Positions 25,246-37,009 of a stretch of DNA of 64,000 nt are shown piece after piece. Every line of letters starts with the position of its first letter. Positions within the stretch are counted from its first letter, which is position 1. Made by a program: the position numbers and the translations under genes. The DNA lies in NCBI GenBank assembly GCA_013265495.1, contig MU058793.1, forward strand, positions 525,970 through 589,969. Reading direction: 5' to 3'. The notes below the pieces were generated by a model that was not told where the DNA came from, made no database searches, and saw only the letters and a list, made by a program, of their open reading frames with translations. The DNA is from Vicugna vicugna. Taxonomy: Eukaryota.

Positions 25246-25736
25246 AGGTGAAGGCTGGTGGGGCAGTCATTAGTGCTGTTCCCAAGTATCTCCAGTTCCT
25301 ACTCTTTGATGCACAATAAGGTGCTAGGTTTGGAGCACAGGGTTCCTGATGACCAATCTTTTCTTGACACAGAACATTTCCCCCAAGAAAGGACTGGAGC
25401 CCCATTCCTTGCCCTTCAGTCCAGTGGAAGCCCCAATGGGTGCATCTGCCTCTATATTCATGCTTCCCCCGCCCAGCTCAGAGGGAACCCAAATTACTGG
25501 GTAAAAATCAGGGCAAAGGAAAACAGGTGCGTGTAGTTGCCAGCAGACGACCACCTTGAGGGGGAGAAACCCTCAAAGTCCAGAATGATAATCCTAACTG
25601 TAGTCAACTGCAAGCTACTTCACCAGTCAGTTTTGGCTTGTCTTTCTTATGACTATTTTGGGTTGTCTGAAGGATAGAAGGGCAAACATCAGGGATGAAG
25701 GGATTGTCCTTTGTAATATCTCAATGTTACACTCAA

Positions 25737-26218
25737 TTCAGTGCAACTGTTTACAGTAGCCAAGAGATGGAAACAACCTAAATGTCCATTGACAGGTGAA
25801 TGAATAAAGATGTGGTATATATACACAATGGAATACTACTCAGTCATAAAAAAGAATGAAATAGTGCCATTTCCAGCAACATGGATGGACCTAGAGATTA
25901 CCATATTAAGTGAAATAAGTCAGACAGAGAAAGACAAATATCATATGACATTACTTATATATAGAATCTAAAAAAAATGACACAAATTTTATTTACAAAC
26001 CAAAAATAGACTCGCAGACATAGATACAAACTATGGTTACCAAAGGGAAAAGGGCAGGGGTGGGGGATAAATTAGGAGTTTGGGATTAAGAAATACATTA
26101 CTGTATAAAAAATACATTATATATGTAATGTATATATAAAATAGATAAACAACAAGGACCTAACATGTAGCATGGGGAGCTATATTTAATTTCTTCTAAT
26201 GAGCCATAATTTTAAAAA
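25737..26218 (+). mobile_element. 5'-truncated L1 (ORF2 end plus 3' UTR)
   Basis: caacctaaatgtccattgacagg...atggatggacctagagattacc...aaacaacaaggacc. Confidence 0.9.
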
Positions 26219-26220
26219 CT

Positions 26221-26392
26221 GTCATACAGTCTCCCTAGATACAACTGTTGAACTCCATCTTTGAAATGTGACAGCAGTCACAGACAATATGTGAACACAT
26301 GGGCACAGTTATGTTTAAATAAAACTTTATTTTTATAAACAGGTAGCAAGCCAGATTTGGCCCATGGACTATAGTTCGTCAACCCCTGCTCT
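26221..26392. mobile_element. MER58A-type MITE (partial)
   Basis: aataaaactttattt...gccagatttggcccatggactatagttcgtcaacccctgctct. Confidence 0.75.
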
Positions 26393-28152
26393 CTGTGAGA
26401 CAGTCCTCCCTGGCTAACTGTAGGGTACAACACTGTCCCTTATGGTTTCCTTTAACCCTGCTCACATCTTTGAAAACAATCCTTTACTAAGCTTCCCTCA
26501 AATTATCCAAATTGTGTATGCCATCTGTTTCCTGCTAGGACCCTAATTGATGCACTTGGCTTTGCATTTCTCCAACACAGGCTTTAATTGCAAAGTAACA
26601 ACAACAACAAAATCAACAACAAAAATGGAGACTATGACCAATTACCATACATCAGGGACACAGAGATGGATGTATTCATCCATCTCGGAATATGATAGAA
26701 TATTTCACAAAGTTGCAATATACTATTAAAGTTGCCTGGAGCTGAAATAAATAAACCTTTTTTTTTTTTTCTTGGGGCCTGGAGTCTCAATCCTGCTGCC
26801 CTCCTTGTCCTCTTCTAATGGAATGGAGGTCTGTTCTAATTAAACAAGAAAACACATCTTTTCACAAGGGGAGAACGGAGGGCATTGTACTCAGTGCTCA
26901 AAGAAAGCATGCTTTAATAAGAATCCTTTTATAATCTCTGCTTTTATTTGTTGCTTCCCAAAGCTTTTGCTGGTAATAAAAGGATTGTAAAGTTGACAAA
27001 TATAAGCAGGGACAAAGAAGTTTGAGGAGATAATGCCTTGGTGAATGAACAAGTAGTTGAAAGTGTATTGATCCCACAACACGTAGAAGATGATCATGAA
27101 AAGCTAAAGCTGCCATCAGGGTGGTATTCCTATTACAAAGTAAAAGTCCCTCCAGGCAGGACCATATAGTCCTTGTATGCCGAAGTGTGCCCAGCCTCAG
27201 GGAGAAGAGTAATTCGAACTGAAATGCAGAGTTGGGGATCTGAAGATCTGGGTTCAAATCTTAGATGCATTGCACTTCTCCTAAGCTTACTGCTATTCTG
27301 CATAATCAGCAAATGGAGCTTCAGCAAATGTGCCACGTTCTGCTATGGGCATGTTATGGGTGTCTGTTGTCATTCCACCACTATCACTATCACCAGCAGC
27401 ATCCATTACTCTTCTTGTCAAGAGCCAACAATTTTTACTTGAGGTTTCATCACTCCCCTACTCAAAGCCTTTATACTTCCTGTAGGGCTTTGTCTCCAGG
27501 GCATGGTGGAGCATGTAGCCAGACCTGGGCCAATCAATTCCCTGCATTCCTTGGCCACAAAGAAGATTGGTTTCATTATAGGCACACATGATCCAGGTAA
27601 CCAATGAGACCGAGAAGCAATAACTGATCAGATGGGCTGTCCTTTCCCACTAGACTTCAATGTGAGGGCTGGAACTGCTGCAGCCATTATGCCAACGTGT
27701 GGAGCCTGAGGCTGAAGTCAACAGAGAAAAATGATGACACTGCTCAAGTCCCCAGTACAGTCTTGCCTTAAGCCAACTGTAGTGAGATTAAGAGAAAAAT
27801 GTAAACAAGTTTTTACACTTCCCTGCATCCAACCCCTTTGTAAATGTGATTGCAGATTGTTTCACTGAGAGCATTAAAAGGTAGAGACTATTTCCTACCC
27901 CATAAATATGGACTGGTCTTGTGACTTGCTTTGGCCAATGGAGTGCAGTGGAAGTGATGGTGTGCACTTTCCCTTCCCCTCAAAATCTGGCCAGGATGCA
28001 GCAAAGCCTGGACTAGCCTGCTGAAGGAGGAGAGATGAGGGAGCAGGGAGCCAAGCATCTCAGCCAACTGCCAGAAGCAGTGCTACCTAATCCCTCCACA
28101 ACTGAGTAAGGATGAATGAGGAAGATCTGTGGAAACCAGAAGAACCATCCAG

Positions 28153-29483
28153 GGAGAAGCAAGATGGCGGAGTAGAAGGATGCTTGTAGCTCACCCTCTC
28201 CCACAAATACACCAAAACTTACATCTACAGACCCACTCAGCCAACCAGAGCACCTGCCAAACTCCAACAGAACATGACTCTCTTTGAAAGACAAAGACAC
28301 CAAAAATCTGGTAGGAGAAAAGGAAAAAAGAAAGGAGAAAAGGCAAAACAGTGAGAGACTGATCCCACAGGGAGGGAGCGGCAAAGGAGGACTGGCGCTC
28401 GTTTGCTGGGTCTCCCCCCTCCAACGGAGAGGCCAGTGGGATGAAGGAGGAGCTTCCGAAGCTCAGATCTGCCCTGAGCAACCCTTGACTGACAGAACTG
28501 AGTTAAATGGGCACTAAGGGTTTCTGTGACACCCAGCCCGAGACACAAGCCGGCAGCTGGGGCCGGGACAGGTGGCCCGAGCCAGACAGAGGACTGAGGC
28601 GGCTGCCCTGAGGCAGCCCCGGGGGACTGCAGGGTGTTGGGGGCTGTGGCTGGGAGGGGATACGGAGCAGAACCACCTCAGTCCCCCATAAATTGTGAAA
28701 AAAGCAAAGCAACATGGCTGGTGTGCCCTGGGCGGAGAGGCGCCGTAGCCTTTGTCTCCTCAGACCTGTGCTGCCATTACTGGCGCTTCTCACGAGAAGA
28801 GAGGCCGGGCGCAGCCACAGCCCCCTTCTCCTCCTGTGCGCAGCGCCCAGGTGGGGGCGGGGCTGAGCCCTGAATCCGCACCTGGGGGCTCCGCAAACTC
28901 CTAGGCAGGACTGAGATTTGTTTACAGCCCTAGGCAGATAGGTTCTTTCTGCCCTGGTGCCTCAGAGAACTTGCACCACCAAAACAAACAAGGAGCTGAG
29001 ATTTGGCATGGAGCAGGGGTGGGGCCATTCCGCAGTCTTCCCTGAGCCCGCCTTCAGAGCGCCAACCAGAGGCGGAGCGGGCAGCTGCACAGAGCAGCGG
29101 AGCCACCAGTGCGGGGGAGGGCAGGTGGCCACCACTCTTCCTGGCAAGAATGCAGCACCTGACCACGGTGCTGGGAGGGGGCGCAGTCTGCCCACCTGCC
29201 TCGCCTGAGCGCAGCATCTGACTGCGGCATCAGGAGGGGGAGTGACCCGCCTGCCCACCAGGAAAGAGCTCGGCACCAGACCCTGTGTTGGGAGGGGGCG
29301 TGATCTGCTAGCCAACAGCCACTGCTCCCACTGAGGGCACCAACAGAGGGCCTCTGGAAACAGCAAGCTGAGTTCGTGAAACAGGGTGAAGACACAAAGA
29401 CCTCTCGATAAAATCATTAAGACCACACGGTCTCCAGGAGAACTAGATAACTGATACTCCTTAAGCCACAGTGCCAGAGAGAT
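28153..29483 (+). promoter_or_regulatory. L1 5' UTR internal promoter (GC/CpG-rich) with YY1 site
   Basis: AAGATGGCGG at 28161-28170; CpG-rich 28540-29310. Confidence 0.75.
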
Positions 29484-30425
29484 ATGAGCAAGATGAAGAA
29501 GCAGAGGAACCAATCCCAATTAAAAGATCAAGAGAAATCCCCTAAAAGCATGATCAAGGAAATAGACATTGATGGCCTACTAGATCAAGATTTCAAAAAA
29601 GGTGTGATCAAAGTACTGAAGGAACTAAAAGAAATAGTGTTTAGAGATATAAAATATATCAAGAATGAAAGAGAAGCTATAAAGAAGAACCAAGTAGAAT
29701 TAGTAAACTCATTTGCTGAGATGAGAGCTGACCTGAAGGCTGTACAAAGCAGGCTAGATAACACAGAGGAACGAATAAGTGACCTAGAAGACAGGACAAC
29801 AGAAAGCACCCAATCAGAACAGCTGAGACAAAAACAAATAAAAAACAATGAAAACAATATAAGGGACCTATGGGATAATATAAAGCGTGCCAATCTATGC
29901 ATAATAGAGGTTCCAGAAGGGGAAGAAAGAACAAAGGGGATTGAAAAGGTTTTTGAAGAAATCATGACTGAAAACTTCCCAAACCTAAAGGAGTCAGATA
30001 TCCAAGTACAGGAGGCTCAGAGGGTCCCAAACAGGAAGAACCCAAACATATCCACACCAAGACATATCATAATCAAGATGGCCAGAGTCAAGGATAAAGA
30101 AAGTATCCTAAATGCAGCAAGAGAAAAACAAAGAGTGCGTTACAAGGGAACCCCCATAAGGCTCTCAGCTGATTTCTCTACCCAAACACTACAGGCCATA
30201 AGGGAGTGGCAAGATATATTCAAAGGCCTAAATGAAAAAAAGATGCAGCCTAGGATACTTTATCCAGCAAGGCTATCCTTTAGAATAGAAGGAGAGATAA
30301 AGAACTTCACAGACAAGCAAAAACTAAAAGAGTTTAGCAACACTAACCCCATGCTAAAAGAAATACTGACAAGTCTACTTTATGTAGAAAAGAAGCAGGA
30401 TGCTACAAAAATGAGAAACTCATAA
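29484..30425 (+). CDS. LINE-1 ORF1p (coiled coil, RRM, CTD), 313 aa
   Basis: Motifs EERISDLED, RDLWDNIKR, VPEGEE, ENFPNL, TPRHIIIK, AREK, PIRLSADFS, YPARLSF. Confidence 0.95.
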   Translation: MSKMKKQRNQSQLKDQEKSPKSMIKEIDIDGLLDQDFKKGVIKVLKELKEIVFRDIKYIKNEREAIKKNQVELVNSFAEMRADLKAVQSRLDNTEERISDLEDRTTESTQSEQLRQKQIKNNENNIRDLWDNIKRANLCIIEVPEGEERTKGIEKVFEEIMTENFPNLKESDIQVQEAQRVPNRKNPNISTPRHIIIKMARVKDKESILNAAREKQRVRYKGTPIRLSADFSTQTLQAIREWQDIFKGLNEKKMQPRILYPARLSFRIEGEIKNFTDKQKLKEFSNTNPMLKEILTSLLYVEKKQDATKMRNS

Positions 30426-32889
30426 TTGGAAAGGTGATAACTACCATGAATTCCAAATAGAATAAACACAAAATTGTAAAAGAAGACATCTAAATCATTA
30501 AGAGTGGGAGAGGGAAGCTAGGAAAGCCACTGTGGAAAACAGTATGGAGATTCCTCAAAAGACTAGGAATAGACTTACCGTATGACCCAGGAATCCTGCT
30601 CCTGGGCATATATCCAGAAGGAACCCTACTTCAACATGACACCTGCACCCCAATGTTCATAGCAGCACTATTTACAATAGCCAAGACATGGATACAATAG
30701 CCTAAATGTCCATTAACAGATGACTGAAAAAGAAGATGTGGTATATTTATACTATGGAATACTATTCAGCCACAAAAATCGACAACATAACGCCATTTGA
30801 GCAACATGGATGCTCCTGAAGAATGTTATTCTAAGTGAAGTAAGCCAGGAAGAGAAAGAAAAATACCATATGAGATCGCTCATATGAGGAATCTTTAAAA
30901 AAAAAACATAAATACAAAACAGAAACAGACTCATAAACATAGAATACAAACTTGTGGTTGCCGGGGGCGGGGGGGGAGGGTGGGAAGGGACAGACTGAGA
31001 TTTTAAAATGCAGAATAGATAAACAAGATTATACTGTACAGCACAGGGAAATATATACAAGATCTTGTGGTAGCTCATAGCAAAAAAAAAAAGTAACAAT
31101 GAAAATATATATGTTCCTGTATAACTGAAAAATTGTGCTCTACACTGGAATTTGACACAACATTGTAAAATGACTATTACTCATTAAAAAAATGTAAAAA
31201 AAAAAAAAGAATAACCATCCAGCTGAGCCCAGCTTATGCTGCTAATCCACAGGTTTTGAGCTAAATAAATAGCTGTTTTAAGCTACTGTATGTTGAGGTG
31301 ATTTGTTTTCCATCAATAGCTAACTGATACACAAAGCTCCACCTCTCGATTTTTCACTCTTATGCACCAATATTTTATCTTTTTGTTTTAGACAATTAGG
31401 ACTGGATTTTCTGTTACTTGAAATGAAAAGAAACCTAACACAATAAAGATGTGCCTTCACTTCCCAGCCAGACAGGGATCCTGTCTGTCTGATCTGGATC
31501 CAAGGGTGAGTGAGTGATCAGTAAATTCTCAATGATTGCATAATATTTGGTGGGTTCTCAAATCAATTTTGAGTATATGTGCTCCTGAATCTCCAAAGTA
31601 ATCTATATAGGGTTTGTAGTTTACTTGACCTAACTCCTCAGTAGGAATTTGGAAGATGTAAGAGGCTTCTACAACCATCACAATAAGTGAAAACAGGTAA
31701 GCTTGAGTATCTAAGGTATCTAAGGAACCACACTGAGCCATCTTCCTCAAGGTAATCCAGAAAAACCCAGTGCTCAGTTCTACTTTCTTTGCTACAGAAA
31801 CTTGAAATTAAATGTCATCTTTTTCTTTCTAAAATAAAAGGCATGTACTTTTTCTGGGCAAGGAGCCCAGATCCACCTGCTCTTCTCCTCCAGGACTTCA
31901 TCCCTTCATTGCTGTAACTTGCTGCATTATTCCTGTAATTTATTTTCTTGTTTAAAAAAGGAAAGAAATGAAAGCAGGGAATTCATAGGAGTCATACTCC
32001 ACTCCAGTAAAAAGATAGAATCCATTCGACCTATGTCAGAGTGGAACCCAGCAACCAATTCTCCCTACTGACAAATTGTGTAAATGTGTGTGTGTTGAGG
32101 CGAGGGAGAGGGGGAGAGAAAGAAACACCACTGTTTTATTTTTTAATCAGAGGCTAACCAGACTTTCTCCACCCCACATGAGTTGACATTCTTAAATGGC
32201 TGTTTTGTTTTTTTTTTTCTCTCAAATCCACAGCCATAGGTCAGAAGAAAGACCTTGTTGAAGACTGAAAAGAGAAACACAATCTGTAGATGGATGTAAC
32301 TTCTCTCAATTCAGGGGTCAGGTGAGGGAATCATGGCTTGACATTCGCCCTTCTCTCTAAACTCCCAGTCCTCCACACTCCTAATGTTTCTTTTCTTCCT
32401 TCTCAGTCTTCACTTATAGACTCATCTCTTTTCTCCCAAAGGCTCAAGAAAAAGTCCAAGGTCATAAATGCCATTCACGAAAAAATGAACATATGAGATC
32501 CTTTGTCTGGTGTCCTCCACTTCAGGCAACTGGGGTTGAGTCTGACAATTGCCAATTATCATAATAAGGTCCAGAGCTGTTCAAACCATCCTTCCTCTTT
32601 AGATGGTAAGTCTCCAGAATAGAGAGAACACCATCCTGGGAAACTGGATGCCAGTGAGTTGACATCCAGAAGGTAAATAAATGTACAGCATGGAGGCAGG
32701 GTAGGTAAACTCTGGGGAGACAGGGAAACTGTGACATGAGATGGAGAATAGTCAGTTGAAACTAGTAAACTGAAGAGTGACAGAGCAAAAGAAAAAAAAA
32801 GAAGTAATGCAAATGCAAATTAGGGGGATAAGGAGAGAAGTAGTAAAGAGCTTCACTTTAATTCTCCTCACTCACCCCCTTTCTTGCAT

Positions 32890-33255
32890 TATAAAATGCA
32901 AACTCCATAACATGGTCTTATGACCCTCCATGACTGACCTTTCCCCAACTCTTCAGCCTTTTCTTTAAAAAGGTTTCCCCATATTCCTTGCTACACAGGC
33001 CTTTCCTTTCTGCCAACATGCCGGGCTTGCTCCTGCCTCTGTGTCTTGGCGTTTGCAAGTTTTTCCTCTCCCATGGCATGCTCCTCTCCATCCTTCAAGT
33101 CAGTTCAAATGTCACCTCTTCTGAGAGGTCATCCTTGATCACCTTAACCAATACAGACGTGTTCCTGCTCATCATTCTCTACCTCACTGCTCTAGAATGT
33201 TTCCCTTCCTTGCACTTCACACTAGCCCAAATCATCTTATTTATGTTACTTCTTT
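32890..33255 (+). mobile_element. L2 (continues at ~34170-34310 after an L1)
   Basis: tcagttcaaatgtcacctcttctgagaggtcatccttgatcacc; 3' end ggcacatagtaggaactcaataaatacttttgaatgaa. Confidence 0.7.
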
Positions 33256-33261
33256 CTGTTA

Positions 33262-34125
33262 ACTTGGGGCTTAGTTTGTTCTTTTTCTAGCTCCTTGATG
33301 TGTAAAGTTGGATTATTTGAAATCTTTTTTCTTTTTCAATGAAAGCGTTTACTGCAATAAACTTCCCTCTTACTACTGCTTTTGCTGCATCCCATAAGTT
33401 CTGGTACATTGTGTTTTCATTTTCATTTGTCTCAGGTCTTCTCTGATTTGCTTTTTGATTTTTGTTTTGACCCAATGGTTGTTTAAGAGGGCATTGTTTA
33501 ATTTCCACGTATTTGTAAATGTTTCAATTTTCCTCCTGCTATTTACAGTTTCATTCTATTGTGGTCAGAAAAGATAGTTGATATGATTTCAATCTTTTTG
33601 AATTTGTTAAGACTTGTTTTGTGACCTAATATGTGATCTATCCTAGAGAAAGTTCTGTGTGTGCTTAAGAAGATGTTCTGTCGCTGTTGCATGGAATGTT
33701 CTATATGTATCTGTTAGGTGCATTTGGTCTACAGTATTGTTCAAGTCTTCTATTTCCTTATTGATTTTTGGTGTGGATGTTCTATTCATTACTGATAGTG
33801 AGCTATTAAAATTTCCTGCTATTTATTGCATTGTTTATTTCTCCCTTCAGTTATGTCAATGTTTGCTTTTTATATTTAGGTGCTCTGATATTGGGTGCAT
33901 ATATATTTATTATATCCTCTTAAATTGACCCTCTTATTATTATATAATGTCCTTTGTCTCTTGTGACGGTTTTTGACTTAAAGTCTATTTTGTCTGATAT
34001 ATTTTGTCTTTTGGCTATCATTATCATGGAATATCTTTTTCCAATCTCTTCACTTTCAGCTCATTTATTTTCTTAAATCTAAAGTGGGTTTCTTGTAGAC
34101 ATCATATAGTTAAATCTTGTTTGGT
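33262..34125 (-). mobile_element. L1 ORF2 5' part (endonuclease/linker) pseudogene fragment
   Basis: Minus ORF 33287-33508 contains [25 protein letters not shown]. Confidence 0.9.
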
Positions 34126-36407
34126 TTTTTTAAATCCGTATAGCTACTCAATGAAGATCACCTGTTCATGTATTAGATCTCTGTCTTATTTGTGTCTCTG
34201 ATCTAGAATGCTGACTCCATGTCACTTCCTTTTCTACTGTGTAGTACACTTCCGTGCCCAGCACCTGGCCTGGCACATAGTAGGAACTCAATAAATACTT
34301 TTGAATGAAATAATAATGGATAAACACAGCCTTGGGAGAGAAAATGACCATTAAAGAATTATTTAATAAAATAAAATATTAATTGTCTTTACAACAAATG
34401 TGTCCTTACTTAGTCTTTGGAGTTTGTGCCTCATGAATCATCACATCCCATAGGGCTAGAAATGGGTGAGGCCAGGAGGGAGCAGTGGGGGGAAGTGGGG
34501 CAGGAAACCAAACTCAACCATAGGGTTTTACTGCTCAATGGTCCCTGCAGGCTCCAAATGTACTGTTCAGCATTAGGGATGGAGATAGCAGTTTAGAATT
34601 GCTGGAGTATGGTGACAGTAAAAAGTAAAACAACTTTTAATCCATTTTATCATTGTTTTTAATTTTCTACAGACTATGCACCCATCATTGCCTGGACCCT
34701 GAGTGGACTGCTCCCACCTTCACCCACCCCCAGCCTGGCACACCAATGTTTTTCCTCTGTTGTTATCTGAGCCCATTCACTGAGAGAGCAGGTGTCCTTG
34801 AAGTCACCCTGGAGAGCCAGCTCCATGAAAGCATACGTGTCCACACAAGCACACACATAAGTGAACATGGTAAAAATGAATATCTTTACCCTGGCTACTG
34901 AGAATCCTTGCTCTCAGGCCATTAAATCACCTTGATAATAGATTTTTACCTGCTACTTCCATCTCCTCCTGCCCTGGCAAATACTCCATCTCTCATTCCA
35001 GCCCCTCCTTGGAGGGCAAGCAGAGCTGTGTTTAACCAAGTCTATGTGCCATGCTAATCCACGACTTATGGCCTCTTCTTCCCCATTAGGGCCACATGGA
35101 CAAAGATACAAAAGGCGTGGGGGTGTAGGGAGAAGGAGAAGTGGTCTATCATGGAAATAGGAACCCCATGGTAGCAAAAGACCTAAGTTTAGTGATGCTT
35201 GCTTCCCATCTCTATACTGGCCTTTCCACATTCAGCAAAGCACGGCTATTAGGACTTGAATGGTGCTGAGCTGAGTGACTGGCCATCCTCGCTTTTTATC
35301 ATTGGACACTCATGCCGCACCCCAGTAGGGTGCCTTGGTCACAACCAGGCTGGTTTCCTGGCCTAGAGGTGTGAGAGGGGCAGAGGACTCCCTGGATTTA
35401 TATGCTCTATTACCTGTATTAGTGAGAACACTAGACCGCAGCCATTCATCACCCACCAGGCCACCAGACAAGATGATTCACTCCAGACTTTAAGGTTGAA
35501 GTCAATTGAGTATCATTTTAACAGGAGGGAGAGGCGCTTCCATAAAGTGGAAAGAGCTTTATGGCAGAAAGTTGTATTAATGACCCCACTTCAGGGCTTA
35601 TCAGGAGGAGGTCATATAATCCCTTCCCGGAATTACATGCTGGCCAGTTCAGATAAATAACACAGATCTCCACCATTCATAATCCAAAATGTTAACAATT
35701 AATTTCCGAAATCAATCCTGAAGGGGACTGGAAGCCCAAATCGCTAGGCCCAGACAGGCCTTCCTCGGAGGATTTCTCGGGAGTCAAAATTTAAACCTCA
35801 AACTTGTAATGAACAGTTGTCAAGACACAGCTGACTTAGGCAATCAAGATAACATTATTCAGCAATAACCCGGGTGAAACATGCTCTAAGTGTGAATTAA
35901 TAAGTCGGCTGACACGAGGCCCCAGATGTTTCCCACTCTGGCGATATGCCCAAAGTGATGATAAGCAGATTTACATACTTAACTAATATGTTTATTTAAA
36001 GGAAATTTCCAAATCCAAAATAACATCCAGATTTCTTTTTTGGCTGCAGATCAAAAGACATCCTATCAATAAAGACAGAATCCAGGATAAACCTTTTCAA
36101 CATCTGCTTAAAACCAAACAACAGATTTGAGGGTTTTGGTAAAACTTAATTGCAGACAAATTTTACTGCCTCTTACATAAATATATATTTTCACGTCCCT
36201 GGGGTGGTTCTGACCTCATCAATTCCCGTGTTTACAATGCACCACACTGTTCTTTTACCAGCACCAATGGATCTGCCTTTACAGAACATTCCAGCCTCAA
36301 GGTTTTCTTTAAGACTGAAGGACAAACTGACATTCTCCCTCAACAAGAAAGTCTGAGAGAAAGCCAGGGGCATGAACGAGGGCTCAGAAGGCTGTAGAAG
36401 GGAAAAA

Positions 36408-36486
36408 TTTGCCCTTCTCCCAACCAGAAAGTGCTTTGTTTTCCCATGATTACTAAAAAGCACTTACTGGTTGGGAGAAGGGCAAA
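36408..36486. repeat. Inverted repeat, 30-bp arms (1 mismatch), 19-nt loop
   Basis: tttgcccttctcccaaccagaaagtgcttt (36408-36437) versus aaagcacttactggttgggagaagggcaaa (36457-36486). Confidence 0.95.
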
Positions 36487-37009
36487 AATATTTGGCCTCG
36501 CTCTCCCTTCCTATCCAAAGGGGGCTATAGAAACAGGGATGCCCCTTGCATACCAACATTTTTCTTTTTGTTGATATTGTTGTTGATAACGACTCCCCCA
36601 GGGAGAGCTCAGGAACCGGATCAAAGTGTTAACAGATCTCTGTGCTTGTGAAGGAGACACTAACAGAATGGGGTGCTGGCCATAACAACTCACAGCCTTT
36701 TAATGTGAATTAGTTCATGTTCCATAGGTGTTAACTGCTTGAAAATTGGACCAGGATTGTTGGGCACTGAGGCATTTTTCCTCCCCGCTGGCCAGGGTTG
36801 TAACTGAACTAAGGATCTGCTTCAGAAACTCCCTTGGCCTAGGGATCTGTTTAGCATCAGGGCTAGTATTAGCTGGTTGACCCTGGCATGGGGAGACTTC
36901 AAGTCAGAGGTCATCCATCTTCACTCCAGCTCCATCCTTTGAACTCAGTCATGTTAAACTTCTGGGTCCAATCTCGTCACAGCCAAGATAGGAATAGGTT
37001 GGTGAAAGG

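Larger units (their letters stand above)
28153..31207 (+). mobile_element. L1-derived element with 5' UTR, ORF1, ORF2 tail, 3' UTR and poly(A); ORF2 mostly missing
   Basis: 15-bp TSD agaagaaccatccag (28138-28152) / agaataaccatccag (31208-31222); starts ggagaagcaagatggcgg; ORF1 open; jumps to the ORF2 C-terminal region at ~30527. Confidence 0.95.
27778..31331 (+). mobile_element. MLT1H/G-like LTR (27778-28152 and 31208-31331) split by the L1
   Basis: gtgacttgctttggccaatggagtgcagtggaagtgatg; resumes aaccatccagctgagcccagc...tgttttaagctact...agctaactgataca. Confidence 0.75.
27416..31441 (+). mobile_element. Old MLT1 LTR (27416-27777 and 31332-31441) interrupted by a second MLT1 and an L1
   Basis: cctgggccaatca...cttggccaca...ggaactgctgcagccatt; resumes ggattttctgttacttgaaatgaaaagaaacctaac. 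Confidence 0.6.

Noticed and set aside
26758..27257. Possible minus-strand retrocopy ending in the T run at 26758-26770
   Set aside because: No TSD, no polyadenylation signal at the right place, no recognisable protein
28962..29519. 185-aa antisense ORF in the L1 5' UTR (ORF0-like?)
   Set aside because: GC-rich repeat DNA is poor in stop codons; TTG-type start call and no homology recognised
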